This document shows positions 19,343 to 28,790 of a stretch of DNA of 64,000 nucleotides, in pieces (within the stretch, counting starts at the first letter, position 1; each line of letters begins with the position of its first letter). The stretch lies in the NCBI GenBank assembly GCA_963674735.2, contig CAXXQS010000001.1, positions 448,001 through 512,000 on the forward strand. The letters run 5' to 3'. A model generated the notes under the pieces. The model searched no databases. It had not been told where the DNA came from and saw nothing but the letters and a program-made list of their open reading frames with translations. A program made the translations under genes and the position numbers. Source of the DNA: Myxococcota bacterium. GTDB taxonomy: Bacteria > Myxococcota_A > SURF-8.

Positions 19343-21289
19343 ATGAAATTGAAGCAGTTATGGATGAGCACGATTTTATTGGCTGGTATCGTGTTGCTGA
19401 TCAGCGCCTGTGGAAGCAGCGCGGATCCCTCCGAAGACGGAGACAGCTCCTGTGATCCGGCTTGTGAGTTCGGGTACACCTGCTACGATGGTAAATGTGT
19501 ATATTTCGAGCCGACCGATGGCGATACGCCGACCGATGGCGATACGCCAACCGATGGCGACACACCGACCGATGGCGATAACCCGACCGATGGCGATGAT
19601 CCCGATGGCGATGATCCCGACGGTGATGATCCCGACGGCGATATCCCCACCGATGGCGATTACGACTATGCCGAACCGGATCTGGAATTCGATTACGAAC
19701 TTGTCGCCTGTGACAGTAATCCCGGTTTGAGCTATCCTTCGCTGGTGGCGCGACCCAATCAAGCCGACTTCGGAGCCGTTCCCATCGGAGAATCCAAGGT
19801 GGTCGAGTTGGTTCTGTGCAATGCGGGTGGCCAGGATCTGACGATTTCGGGACTCCAGTTTACAATGGACACGAGCCCGGAATTCTACAAGTATCACGGG
19901 GCTTTGAATGATAGCTCCTACAATCCGATTCCCAGTGGTTATGCCATGGTGGTCTTTTTGGTCTACGTACCCGTCAATGCCCAGGCGGATACCGGTACGT
20001 TGAAAGTCTTGTCCGATGACCCGAATACACCGTCGGTGGAGATTCCCTTGGTTTCATCGGTGAAACCGACTCCGATCATCGAAGCCACCCCGCATGTCAT
20101 GCAGTTCGCCGGTGCCCAGTCCAGCCAGACGATTACCAAAGTGGTGGAATTGAAAAACGTCGGAAACGCCTCTACCGCCATTCTTGATCTTTCGGTTGTC
20201 GGGGGAGCATCTTCTCCTTACCAGGTTCTGGAGGTCACCAAGGGCGGCCAGGGATCGGCTTCGAATGCGCCGTGGTCGCTCGCGCAGGATGAGTTCGTTC
20301 ATGCGACGGTTGCCATGACCATGGGAGATTCGGGAGTGGATGACGAGTTGGTCGCCACCTGGACCACGGACAGCGGTAATCGGGAGACGCGTGTTACGTT
20401 GACCACCGGTGGCATGGCCATCTGCGCCGTTCCGGTGGCCGAGCCGGATCAAACCGTGCGTCCGCTCGATACCGTGTATCTCGATGGAACGCATTCATAC
20501 GATGACAACGGCATCATCACCGAGTACAAATGGGAATGGGAAACCAAGCCGGTGGATGCTTATCGCGCCATCATCAAAGATTCCAGCGGAGACAGCATTC
20601 AGGGAGTCTGGACCACGGAAGCCAACCCGAATTTCTATGCGGAATTGGCCGGTACCTACGTGGTGCGCCTGACGGTCAAAGACGAGGAAGATGAAGACTG
20701 TACGGGATTGAACAGCGATACGGTGACCATTGTTGCCGTGCCGGACGAAACCATTCACGTGCAGTTGATGTGGTCGACAGCAGGGAACGATCACGATCTG
20801 CATCTGATCAAGCCGGGCGGTTATCACTCACGGGATTGTTCAAGTGCGAATAACCAAACGGATTGTTGTTGGCAGAACTGTGACACGGATCATGGGGCGA
20901 ACCCGAGTTGCCCGGCGCGCGGATGTCCCGGACCGTCCAATGCACCCGATTGGGGACAGACCGGTAGCCGGGATGACGACCCGACCCTTGACATCGATGA
21001 TGTTCCCATGCGGGGACCGGAAAACATCAACTTGTCTCTGCCGGAGCTGGGCGACTACCGGATCAGTGTCGAAAACTATTCCGGTGGCACCAACGTTACC
21101 GTAACCGTGCGCATCTGGATCTTCGGTACTTTACAGGGTACGTTCCGTTACGGGCCTCCCGCGACGGCCGGATTCGCGTCCGGAAATCACTGGAACGTCT
21201 GTCTGGTGCGAGTTGAGTCGGCTTCCAACATCTACATCGTTCCCCAGGAACAAGATCCCGACTTCGGTACGGTGCAGCCGTCCAATTAA
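19343..21289 (+). CDS. DGD-repeat lipoprotein with Ig-like (ASH/choice-of-anchor D-like), PKD-like and YfaP-like C-terminal domains
   Basis: GAGGAGG RBS; lipobox ISAC; PTDGD/PDGDD repeats; DFGAVPIG..LCNAG; LDGTHSYDDNG..YKW; QLMW..ND.DLHL...LDIDD...GPENIN. Confidence 0.85.
   Translation: MKLKQLWMSTILLAGIVLLISACGSSADPSEDGDSSCDPACEFGYTCYDGKCVYFEPTDGDTPTDGDTPTDGDTPTDGDNPTDGDDPDGDDPDGDDPDGDIPTDGDYDYAEPDLEFDYELVACDSNPGLSYPSLVARPNQADFGAVPIGESKVVELVLCNAGGQDLTISGLQFTMDTSPEFYKYHGALNDSSYNPIPSGYAMVVFLVYVPVNAQADTGTLKVLSDDPNTPSVEIPLVSSVKPTPIIEATPHVMQFAGAQSSQTITKVVELKNVGNASTAILDLSVVGGASSPYQVLEVTKGGQGSASNAPWSLAQDEFVHATVAMTMGDSGVDDELVATWTTDSGNRETRVTLTTGGMAICAVPVAEPDQTVRPLDTVYLDGTHSYDDNGIITEYKWEWETKPVDAYRAIIKDSSGDSIQGVWTTEANPNFYAELAGTYVVRLTVKDEEDEDCTGLNSDTVTIVAVPDETIHVQLMWSTAGNDHDLHLIKPGGYHSRDCSSANNQTDCCWQNCDTDHGANPSCPARGCPGPSNAPDWGQTGSRDDDPTLDIDDVPMRGPENINLSLPELGDYRISVENYSGGTNVTVTVRIWIFGTLQGTFRYGPPATAGFASGNHWNVCLVRVESASNIYIVPQEQDPDFGTVQPSN
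19511..19660 (+). repeat. Coding PTDGD(T/N/D) 18-bp and PDGDD 15-bp repeats
   Basis: Repeated ccgaccgatggcgat / cccgatggcgatgat units. Confidence 0.85.
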
Positions 21290-21314
21290 GCTCCTGAAAA
21301 TCAGGTCACTCATG

Positions 21315-21341
21315 CGGCTCGCCTTTGGGCGGGCCGTTTTT
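21315..21341 (+). terminator. Intrinsic terminator
   Basis: cggctcgcc-tttg-ggcgggccg-ttttt. Confidence 0.75.
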
Positions 21342-21368
21342 CGTTGTACGTATTGCGGATACCGAGGC

Positions 21369-22661
21369 TTAGCCCGACGTCCAGTCGGCCAGTCTTTCCA
21401 CCGCCTCGACCGTGTTGCCGCACCATTTAGTGACGAAAGAAGCTGGAAGCGGCTGATCGAGCGGGATGGTTTCGCTGGCGGCCAGAGCTTCCGCTCCGTT
21501 GAAATTGACGAATGCCAGACGGGCTGTGAGTTCGCTTGGTGGGCGCTGAAAGTCGGCCCCCGGTAGAATGGCGACGCCGGTATCGTTCAACAGGTGGTGG
21601 CACAGATCGGCACTGTCGGTGATTCCACGTTTGGAAAGCTTTTCCGCAAGTGGCGTGAAATCGGGAAAAAGGTAGAAGGCTCCATCGGGCTTATGGCAGC
21701 GAATTCCGGCTTGCGTGAGAATTTCCGTTAAACAGGTGGCTAACGCGTCGAGGATACGCCGGATGTGCCAGAGATAGCGTTCGATTCGCAAGCCACCCTG
21801 AAACGCTTTGACGGCCGCATATTGAATCGGAGCCGAAACGGAGGTGTAGGTTTCGCTGGCTACCGCCGAAATCGCTTCCAACAGATAACTCAGGTTTGGA
21901 GGAAAAGAGAAGGTGCCGAGCCGCCAGCCGCCTGCCCCGCACCATTTGGACAAGCCGGAACTGATAATCGTGCGTTCCGGGTAATAGCGGGCGATCGAGA
22001 TGTGTTCACCCTTGTAATGAAGCTGGCCGTAGATCTCGTCCGATAGCACAATCACTTCGTATTTGCGGGCGACCTCGGCGATGGCCTGTAGCTCTTCCGG
22101 TTTGAAGGTTCCACCATCCGGATTGGACGGGTAGTTCAAAACCAGCAGGCGCGGGCGATAGGTGTCCTGTTCGCTCTCGAAGGTCTCGTCCAATTGCTCC
22201 GGCAAGGTACGCCAGCGGGTATCGAAGCTTGTTGGAAAGGTCTGGACGCTCCGACCGATGATGCGGGCCTGCGGCACATACGAAACCCAACAGGGAGTAG
22301 GGATGTAGATTTCACCGTAGAAAACCAACTGGAGCAGAAACATCAGCTCTTTCGATCCCGGTCCGATGAGGGTGTGCTGGGGTTGGACGTTCAGTCCGTC
22401 TTTTTGTCTGTGAAAGTGTGCGACCGCTCCGCGCAGTTCCCGTAAGCCTTCGACCGGCAGGTAGTCTTTTTCGTGGGCGTGCTCCTTCAAGGAATCCACC
22501 ACCGGCGGCGGAACCGGGAAGGGAGATTGTCCGAGGCCGAGGCGGTAGACGCGGCGGCCTTGGCTCTGAAGCGTTCTGGATTGTTCGTTGATAAAGAGGG
22601 TTGGAGATTTGTTCAACCCGCGAATACTCATGTTCAGGCTGACTCGACCGTTCAACGCCAT
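21369..22661 (-). CDS. Aminotransferase class I/II (aspartate aminotransferase-like)
   Basis: GPGSKE, PCWVSY, NYPSNPDG, SDEIY, SGLSKW..AGGWRLG (PLP lysine). Confidence 0.93.
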   Translation of the reverse strand: MALNGRVSLNMSIRGLNKSPTLFINEQSRTLQSQGRRVYRLGLGQSPFPVPPPVVDSLKEHAHEKDYLPVEGLRELRGAVAHFHRQKDGLNVQPQHTLIGPGSKELMFLLQLVFYGEIYIPTPCWVSYVPQARIIGRSVQTFPTSFDTRWRTLPEQLDETFESEQDTYRPRLLVLNYPSNPDGGTFKPEELQAIAEVARKYEVIVLSDEIYGQLHYKGEHISIARYYPERTIISSGLSKWCGAGGWRLGTFSFPPNLSYLLEAISAVASETYTSVSAPIQYAAVKAFQGGLRIERYLWHIRRILDALATCLTEILTQAGIRCHKPDGAFYLFPDFTPLAEKLSKRGITDSADLCHHLLNDTGVAILPGADFQRPPSELTARLAFVNFNGAEALAASETIPLDQPLPASFVTKWCGNTVEAVERLADWTSG

Positions 22662-22770
22662 ATTTACCTCCACGAAAGGGGGCAGAGTCGCGGACGAGAA
22701 GATCCATAAGCATAATCTTGTAGAATTATAGCATGGTTAGAGACGAGATAAAACCGGAAATGACAGGCTC

Positions 22771-24126
22771 TTACAGGCAGTCGTCCATCAGAACTTCCCA
22801 TATCTCAAGTCCTGTACGGCCGTTGCAGTGGTAGCATTGAGCCGTCCCGATGAAGAAGCGGTCGCCATAGACCGACATGGCCGGGAAACCGTAGTTGTCA
22901 GCGTTGTTGATACCGGGCCCGGCCCAGCGCTCTTCGGGGCCGATCATTTCAGCGAAATCGAGTCCGTTCGTGGATAAAAACACGCTGCTACCTTCTCCGA
23001 AGGCATCGAGCAGGCTGCCGGTATTGAAGGTGCCCAGGAAAAGATAGCGGTCGGCGTGAGCGAAGGTCCAACCATAGGCCAGGCGGCTGTTGCCGAATCC
23101 ATCCTCGCCCAGTTGTTCGATGTTGATGCCGTCGTCGGTGGTGAAAATGCCGAATCCGCTCAGAACGTTACTGGTGACCATCAGCATGCTGCGGTCGTAG
23201 GTGGTCATGGCGCTGATGCCGTTGTGGCCCAAGGGGAAAGATTGGTAGTCGCCGATACCCAGGATACGGGTAAAGGTTTCACCGGTAAAACGGTAGAGCT
23301 CCGGTCCCGAGGCGCTGGTCGTGCCGACGAAAATGAAGCCCTTGTAAGGCGTCATGGCGCTGATGCTGTAGTTGGTCGGGTTTTCGAGGCCGCCACTGCC
23401 TTTCAGCTGCACTTGTCGTTCTTTTATGCGGTAGACTTCTCCGCCGCTCGACCGGTTCTCGGTGCCGACGAACAGCGCTTCGCTATAGGCGACAGCCGAT
23501 TTAATGACGGTGTTGTCGGGATTGCCCAAGCCGTTGCGGGAAGCCGCCGTCCAGTTCTCGCCGTTTTTCGTCATCCATACTTCCGCGCCTGTATTGAAGT
23601 TGGCGGTACCGGCGTAGAGAATGTCGTCAACGACGGTGAGAGTGGTGATGGCCACGTTGGCCGGACGTTCGAAACCGTTGTCGATCACCTGTTCCCAGGC
23701 TTCACCATCGTAAGCCCAGATTTCGGCTCCTTCCGAATAACTGGGGTCGAGCGACAGAAAACTTCCGCCCTCGCCGTTGAACGTGCCCACGTACAGCCGT
23801 CCGTTGAACTCGGCCATGGCGTAAGCATACATATTCAGCGGGTCGCCAAAGCCGTTTTCAGACACTTTCCGCAGGCATTGCAGGGTGGCATCCCCATCCG
23901 TGGGGTCATCCCCATCCAGGGGGTTGTCGCCGTCGGCGGGTACATCCCCGTCAAGTGGGCTGTCGCTGTCTCCGTCGCTGGCGGTTTCCGTGTCGCCATC
24001 GAGGCTGGCATCCGATTTCGGATCGGTATCGGCGTATTCGTAGAGGGATGCAGGGGTATCGTTGCAGGCCGCGAGCGCAAAACCCAGCCAAATCAACACA
24101 CATGCAAAGCAAACGACCTGTTTCAT
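22771..24126 (-). CDS. DGD-linker lipoprotein with beta-propeller-like repeats
   Basis: Lipobox LAAC; xDGD repeats; about 7 repeats of G(F/L)G/E..N...M..(F/Y)...L(Y/F)VGT...G.E(I/V)W. Confidence 0.8.
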   Translation of the reverse strand: MKQVVCFACVLIWLGFALAACNDTPASLYEYADTDPKSDASLDGDTETASDGDSDSPLDGDVPADGDNPLDGDDPTDGDATLQCLRKVSENGFGDPLNMYAYAMAEFNGRLYVGTFNGEGGSFLSLDPSYSEGAEIWAYDGEAWEQVIDNGFERPANVAITTLTVVDDILYAGTANFNTGAEVWMTKNGENWTAASRNGLGNPDNTVIKSAVAYSEALFVGTENRSSGGEVYRIKERQVQLKGSGGLENPTNYSISAMTPYKGFIFVGTTSASGPELYRFTGETFTRILGIGDYQSFPLGHNGISAMTTYDRSMLMVTSNVLSGFGIFTTDDGINIEQLGEDGFGNSRLAYGWTFAHADRYLFLGTFNTGSLLDAFGEGSSVFLSTNGLDFAEMIGPEERWAGPGINNADNYGFPAMSVYGDRFFIGTAQCYHCNGRTGLEIWEVLMDDCL

Positions 24127-24228
24127 CACGCAAATCCCTTTCATCGGCTGATCGCTCCCAGAATAGAAAGGGGAGCGTAGAAAGTCAAGCGATAGCCAAA
24201 CCGAAGCGTGATTCTTTCTCCCGGAATA

Positions 24229-24386
24229 ATGCGTAGCGTTAGATAATCCAGTGTGCACCGAATCAATATGTTTACTGTGGATGCTATGCGTTAACTTCTC
24301 AATATACTGAAATAAGAAATAAATACTACAAATTATTGCACTGCGCTAAAAATATGCTTGACAATGACAATGCGCTGCGTTATTTT
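24229..24386 (+). promoter_or_regulatory. Sigma70 promoter with four TGC-N3-GCGYTA boxes (PhaR-like operators)
   Basis: Boxes at 24229, 24281, 24336 and 24370; TTGACA(24358)-17 bp-TATTTT(24381). Confidence 0.55.
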
Positions 24387-24439
24387 CGTTTTAAAGAAAA
24401 TGCGGGGAGACGGTGGCAGACATTCAAGGAGAGATAACC

Positions 24440-24808
24440 ATGACCATCAGTGAACTTTCCCAGACGGTGGAAAAGCGGGCGAAGGCCGTTATCAAAGATG
24501 TAGAAGACGGATTCAAGAAAATCGAAGATAAAGCTCAGCCGCGCTGGCAAGAGGTGCAGGAACGCATCGAAAAGACCTTCGATACGGACAAGCTCGCCGA
24601 AGTTACCCGTTACAATGAATTCAAAGAGAAAGTGGCCGAGCAGCGCAAGCAACTTCAAGAGCGTGGATCGAACTGGGTGGAGGAACAGTATTCCAACCTG
24701 CTCGAACGGCTCGGCATCGCCACGCGGGACGAACTCGAAGTTTTGCGCCGGAAGCTGTCTACCTTGCAGCGCAAGCTCAATGACGTGAAGAAAAGCGTCG
24801 CCAACTAA
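24440..24808 (+). CDS. Phasin-like (PhaF/PhaI-type) polyhydroxyalkanoate granule-associated coiled-coil protein
   Basis: AAGGAG RBS; coiled coil ending LERLGIATRDELEVLRRKLSTL. Confidence 0.65.
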   Translation: MTISELSQTVEKRAKAVIKDVEDGFKKIEDKAQPRWQEVQERIEKTFDTDKLAEVTRYNEFKEKVAEQRKQLQERGSNWVEEQYSNLLERLGIATRDELEVLRRKLSTLQRKLNDVKKSVAN

Positions 24809-24940
24809 ACGCGAGAGATGGTTCCGGATTACCTTGTGTGGGTCGAGGTTTACCGGGTTTTGATCCCTTTTCCTTTGGGGGAACGAGGGGCGTCGCGGGG
24901 GGAAAAGGATTGACAAAGGGCGCTCCGATCGGTTAAGAAT

Positions 24941-25077
24941 GGACTCTGGAAAGGGTGATCCGAGAGCTTATTCAGCGATGGATGCCCTCGGTCGTTAGCC
25001 TACAGCTAATTGAAATTGTTGCCTTTTCCAACTTTCCTCCCTTCTGGGGTGCTTTGCCGGGCGCCCCAGATTTTTTT
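24941..25077 (+). ncRNA. Candidate small RNA or leader RNA upstream of trmJ
   Basis: TTGACA at 24910; 12-bp closing stem 24947-58/25019-30; two inner hairpins; C-rich linker; GC-rich terminator 25043-70 + T7. Confidence 0.5.
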
Positions 25078-25107
25078 ATAACCTACGGGTAGTACTAGGG
25101 TATCGAT

Positions 25108-25869
25108 ATGTCGGCCGACCTACTCAAGAATATCGCCATCGTTCTCGTTGAACCTCTCGTTCCCGCCAATATCGGGGCCGCCTGTCGGGCCATGAAAAAC
25201 ATGGGGTTGCACGACCTGCGGCTGGTGCATCCTCCCTTGGATCGTAAAAAAGAAGCGCATAAGCTGGCCCATGGCGCAACGGATGTCCTGGAGTCGGCTC
25301 GACGAGTTTTCGAGCTGGACGAGGCCATCAACGATGTGAACTTCCTGGTCGGGACCACCGCCCGTCTGGGGGGCTGGCGAACGGATGTCACTCAACCACG
25401 TGAAATCGCGCCCCGGCTTTGCGATATCGCTCGCCAGAACAAGGTCGCGATCTTGTTCGGTTCGGAGGACCGTGGGCTTTCGAATGAAACAATCGCCTGT
25501 TGCCAGGCTCTACTTCATATCCCGACCAGCCGCGAACATACTTCCTTGAATCTGGCTCAGGCGGTGTTGCTGGTCGGCTACGAGCTGATGATATCCCAGT
25601 TTCCGGCCGATGCCCGCTCGCCCAAACTGGCGAGCATCAAGCATGTCGAAGCCATGTTTGAGGATCTCAGCCAGGTTCTTCAGATGATCGACTTTCTCAA
25701 ACCGGGAAATCCCGATTATTGGATGCTTGCCTTGCGCCGGTTGTTGGGACGCACCGGCCTGACGCAAAGCGATATCAATCTCTTCCGCGGTATCTGTCGC
25801 CAGGTTCGTTGGGTGCATTCCTTGGTTCCATCCAGAAATGTTCAGCCCGACGATTCCGAAGTGGCTTGA
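25108..25869 (+). CDS. trmJ: tRNA (cytidine/uridine-2'-O)-methyltransferase TrmJ/LasT family
   Basis: NIGAACRAMKNMG, GTTAR, FGSEDRGLSN, SLNLAQAV. Confidence 0.9.
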   Translation: MSADLLKNIAIVLVEPLVPANIGAACRAMKNMGLHDLRLVHPPLDRKKEAHKLAHGATDVLESARRVFELDEAINDVNFLVGTTARLGGWRTDVTQPREIAPRLCDIARQNKVAILFGSEDRGLSNETIACCQALLHIPTSREHTSLNLAQAVLLVGYELMISQFPADARSPKLASIKHVEAMFEDLSQVLQMIDFLKPGNPDYWMLALRRLLGRTGLTQSDINLFRGICRQVRWVHSLVPSRNVQPDDSEVA

Positions 25870-25982
25870 GCCGGACAAACACGCCCGTGTTTGCACCGAA
25901 CCGTCAAGTTTGTTTGACACCTACTCGGTGCGTCTATTCTAGGAACATTAGTTATAACAGTGTGTTGGATGGCAATTGAAGT

Positions 25983-25998
25983 TGGCATTCATCTTGCG
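25983..25998 (+). promoter_or_regulatory. Possible sigma54 promoter for 26059
   Basis: TGGCAT-N5-TTGCG with correct GG-N10-GC spacing, about 60 bp before the ATG. Confidence 0.4.
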
Positions 25999-26058
25999 AA
26001 TCGTTGAACGTATACGGAACGTCAATTCCAAACGAGATGAAAAAGGAGCCTAAAAGTC

Positions 26059-26997
26059 ATGCAAAACAGTATTCGATTTCTGATGTTGATGGCGATTATG
26101 ATTTGGCCTATGGCCGCGCAAGCGGAAACACTGACCTGCGAAGACGGCTCGGGGGATTGCGAGATCGATGCGCAAGGCGCGACCTGTGATTGCGCGGATG
26201 GCAGTTCGGTTGCCATGGAAATGGTCGGTGAAGGATCGGAAATGGACGTAACCGAGGCGATGTGTCTTGAGATCCTGCTCGAAGCCTGTGGCGGTCGTGA
26301 AATTACCGGTGAATGTGATTCCGATAAAGGGGCCTGTGTGGTGTATTCGGACGGTTCGTCGTTCTGCGAATGTGCGGATGGCAGCGGCGCGGGATCAGGC
26401 GAGTCGAGTGAGGGTAGTGAAGGTGGCGAAGACCCCGTTTACCCCACCGACCCGGATGATGATGCGGCCACCGAAGCCCCGCGAGCGCGTGTTTGGCTGG
26501 ATGAGGCCTTGACTTGTGACATGGTGTTGGCCGATGCCTGTCCGAACGATCCGCCCAATCCCGCCGATGAATGCACGACGCAAGCGCTGACGGTGTGCAA
26601 CAGCCTGGGCGACTGGATGGCCGAATGCTACGAGCAAACCGTCTGGGCCTACATGATCGTGGAATGTTGTAACGAATTCGAGGAATCCGCTGAAGTGATC
26701 AACGATATTTGGTCCTGCTTGGATGGAAAAAGCTGCGTAGATGGCGCGGAGGCCTGTTTCGAGGAAATCGGCGAAGCGGAGGACGCACTTTACGGAGGCG
26801 ACCGCCAGAGCGGCGATGCCAACGATGATAGCTTGGATGGCGTGAAAGGTGAAGAGTCGGACGATGACGACGAGGACGACAAGTCCTCGGGGAGTGGTTC
26901 GGACGACGAAATCAATTGCGCTAACACCGGCGCTCCGGCGAGCCTGCTGCTGTTGTTGACTTTGCTGGCGCTGGCATGGCGTCGCCGCCAAGCCTGA
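26059..26997 (+). CDS. Secreted Cys-rich protein with MYXO-CTERM-like C-terminal sorting signal (paralog A)
   Basis: Signal peptide AQA; many Cys; acidic linker; INCANTG..SLLLLLTLLALAWRRR tail. Confidence 0.8.
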   Translation: MQNSIRFLMLMAIMIWPMAAQAETLTCEDGSGDCEIDAQGATCDCADGSSVAMEMVGEGSEMDVTEAMCLEILLEACGGREITGECDSDKGACVVYSDGSSFCECADGSGAGSGESSEGSEGGEDPVYPTDPDDDAATEAPRARVWLDEALTCDMVLADACPNDPPNPADECTTQALTVCNSLGDWMAECYEQTVWAYMIVECCNEFEESAEVINDIWSCLDGKSCVDGAEACFEEIGEAEDALYGGDRQSGDANDDSLDGVKGEESDDDDEDDKSSGSGSDDEINCANTGAPASLLLLLTLLALAWRRRQA

Positions 26998-27015
26998 TTC
27001 CACAACCAGTCAATG

Positions 27016-27043
27016 AAAAGCGGGGTTTTTGCCCCGCTTTTTC
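27016..27043. terminator. Bidirectional terminator
   Basis: aaaagcgggg-ttttt-gccccgcttttt between convergent genes. Confidence 0.75.
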
Positions 27044-27044
27044 T

Positions 27045-27878
27045 TTATGCGTGTTCGGTTTTCGCCTTGCGTTTGCGCCACCAGCGGCGTAGTGCGCCCA
27101 AGGCCAGCAACCAGGGGATGGCGGCGACGATGACGGTGATCAGAGCGCCAAGCGATCCGGCGATAACAAAGCCGAGATCGCGCAGGTCTTGCATCAGCGG
27201 TCCGTACCAACTGCGGGCATCGACATCGCGTGAGCCGGAAACGAACAGGTGAAGCGTAAAAACGGCGTAGCGAACCTGCCGTTTCAGGTTCTCCGCCCGG
27301 CCGCTCAATTCTTCGATGCGTTGACGCGCCGCGGCCAGTTCGCGTTCGGCCTCGATGATATCGGCAATCGTGCCGGTCTGGTCGCGCAGGATGGCCAGGA
27401 TGCGCGCCTCCAACTGCTTGGCGTTACGCAGGCGGGCGTCCAGATCCGATACACGATCCGTGGCATCGTCGGCTTGCTCCGACAACTCGTAAATTTTGCC
27501 CAACTCACGGAAGCGCGTCAGGGCATCGTTGTAGCGCTCGACGGGAATTTTCACGATCAGCGTGCCCGAGTCTGCCCCGCTGTTTTCCCGACGCTGCTCG
27601 TTACGGGCGACGAATCCACCCAATTCCGTCGTTGCGGTGCGCACGGAGGCCTGCGCCGCTTTGAAATCATCCACTTTGATCGATAGGCGTGCGCGCCGGA
27701 TCACGTGGCGCTCGCTCTGTTGCCGGGGTTCCCCTTCGGCGGATATGCCGCGTCCGTCGTTTGGACCTTGCGCGAAGAAACGGGCATCCAGGTCATGTTC
27801 GGGTTGCGCGACGTTGTCGCAGCCGATTCCCAACAGGAGCGTCAGAATTGAAACCAGACAGATCAACGCGTTTCGCAT
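27045..27878 (-). CDS. DUF4349 domain lipoprotein
   Basis: Lipobox GIGC; VIRRARLSIKV, GGFV, KIPVE, DATDR..DLDARL, IE.ERELA; C-terminal TM + RRWWRK. Confidence 0.85.
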   Translation of the reverse strand: MRNALICLVSILTLLLGIGCDNVAQPEHDLDARFFAQGPNDGRGISAEGEPRQQSERHVIRRARLSIKVDDFKAAQASVRTATTELGGFVARNEQRRENSGADSGTLIVKIPVERYNDALTRFRELGKIYELSEQADDATDRVSDLDARLRNAKQLEARILAILRDQTGTIADIIEAERELAAARQRIEELSGRAENLKRQVRYAVFTLHLFVSGSRDVDARSWYGPLMQDLRDLGFVIAGSLGALITVIVAAIPWLLALGALRRWWRKRKAKTEHA

Positions 27879-27970
27879 GAAGGCCTCCTTCGGTTTGAAA
27901 GGTGTAACCAACATAACACAAGACGCCGCCGAGGGGGAATGGCGAAACGATTGTTTCGAAATTGTGGCGG

Positions 27971-28618
27971 CTAGATGAACTTAGGCCAACCTAGGAGGAA
28001 ATCCCACACCCAACTGGCCGGGATGAAAAGAATGGATAGAGCCCCGGAAAAAAGTAGGAAAATCAGTAGGATGAAGCCATAGCGTTCGATGTTTGCCAGA
28101 ACTTTTCCATAGCTGTCGGGCAGGATTCCGGCCAGGATGCGGCCGCCGTCGAGCGGTGGAATGGGTAGCAGGTTGAAAAAAGCCAGGATGACGTTGAGAC
28201 GGATGAAAATCGTGAAGAGGAAATCCAGCGTGCGGTCGTAGTAGCCGACTACGTGAATCATGAATGCCATCAACAGCGACCCGAGGACGGCCAGCACGAT
28301 GTTGGATGCCGGTCCCGCAGCCGCAACCAGCAGCATGCTGGTTTTCATGCGCAGCCGCCGGGTGAAATTGATGGGATTGACCGGCACCGGCTTGGCCCAG
28401 CCGAAAATAAATCCGCCGAAAATAAAGCCGATCAGGGGAAGGAAAACGGTCCCGATCGGATCGACATGGGGAAGGGGGTTGAGCGTAAGTCGTCCCATGT
28501 TTTTGGCGGTGGAGTCGTTCAACATGAAAGCCGCACGGGCATGACTGTATTCGTGCACCGTCAGAGACAGGATCATCGGGATGAGTAGTGCAATGGCTTG
28601 TAAAAACTCGTTTGACAT
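27971..28618 (-). CDS. Site-2 protease family protein (peptidase M50)
   Basis: HEYSH, GRLTLNP, GWAKPVP, AGPASN, NLLPIPPLDG. Confidence 0.95.
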   Translation of the reverse strand: MSNEFLQAIALLIPMILSLTVHEYSHARAAFMLNDSTAKNMGRLTLNPLPHVDPIGTVFLPLIGFIFGGFIFGWAKPVPVNPINFTRRLRMKTSMLLVAAAGPASNIVLAVLGSLLMAFMIHVVGYYDRTLDFLFTIFIRLNVILAFFNLLPIPPLDGGRILAGILPDSYGKVLANIERYGFILLIFLLFSGALSILFIPASWVWDFLLGWPKFI

Positions 28619-28790
28619 CGAACCTCCACTCGTCATGAGGTCTTCTTTTAACAAAATTGCCGGGTACTGTCAACGAAACCCGCCGTTTGAGGTAGGAGGT
28701 GAAAAACGCCTGTTTTCATCCATTTTCACGATGAAGTCCGTTGCCGGGCATGATAAACTGGAATCCTTAACCACGATCAGGAGCGTGGCC

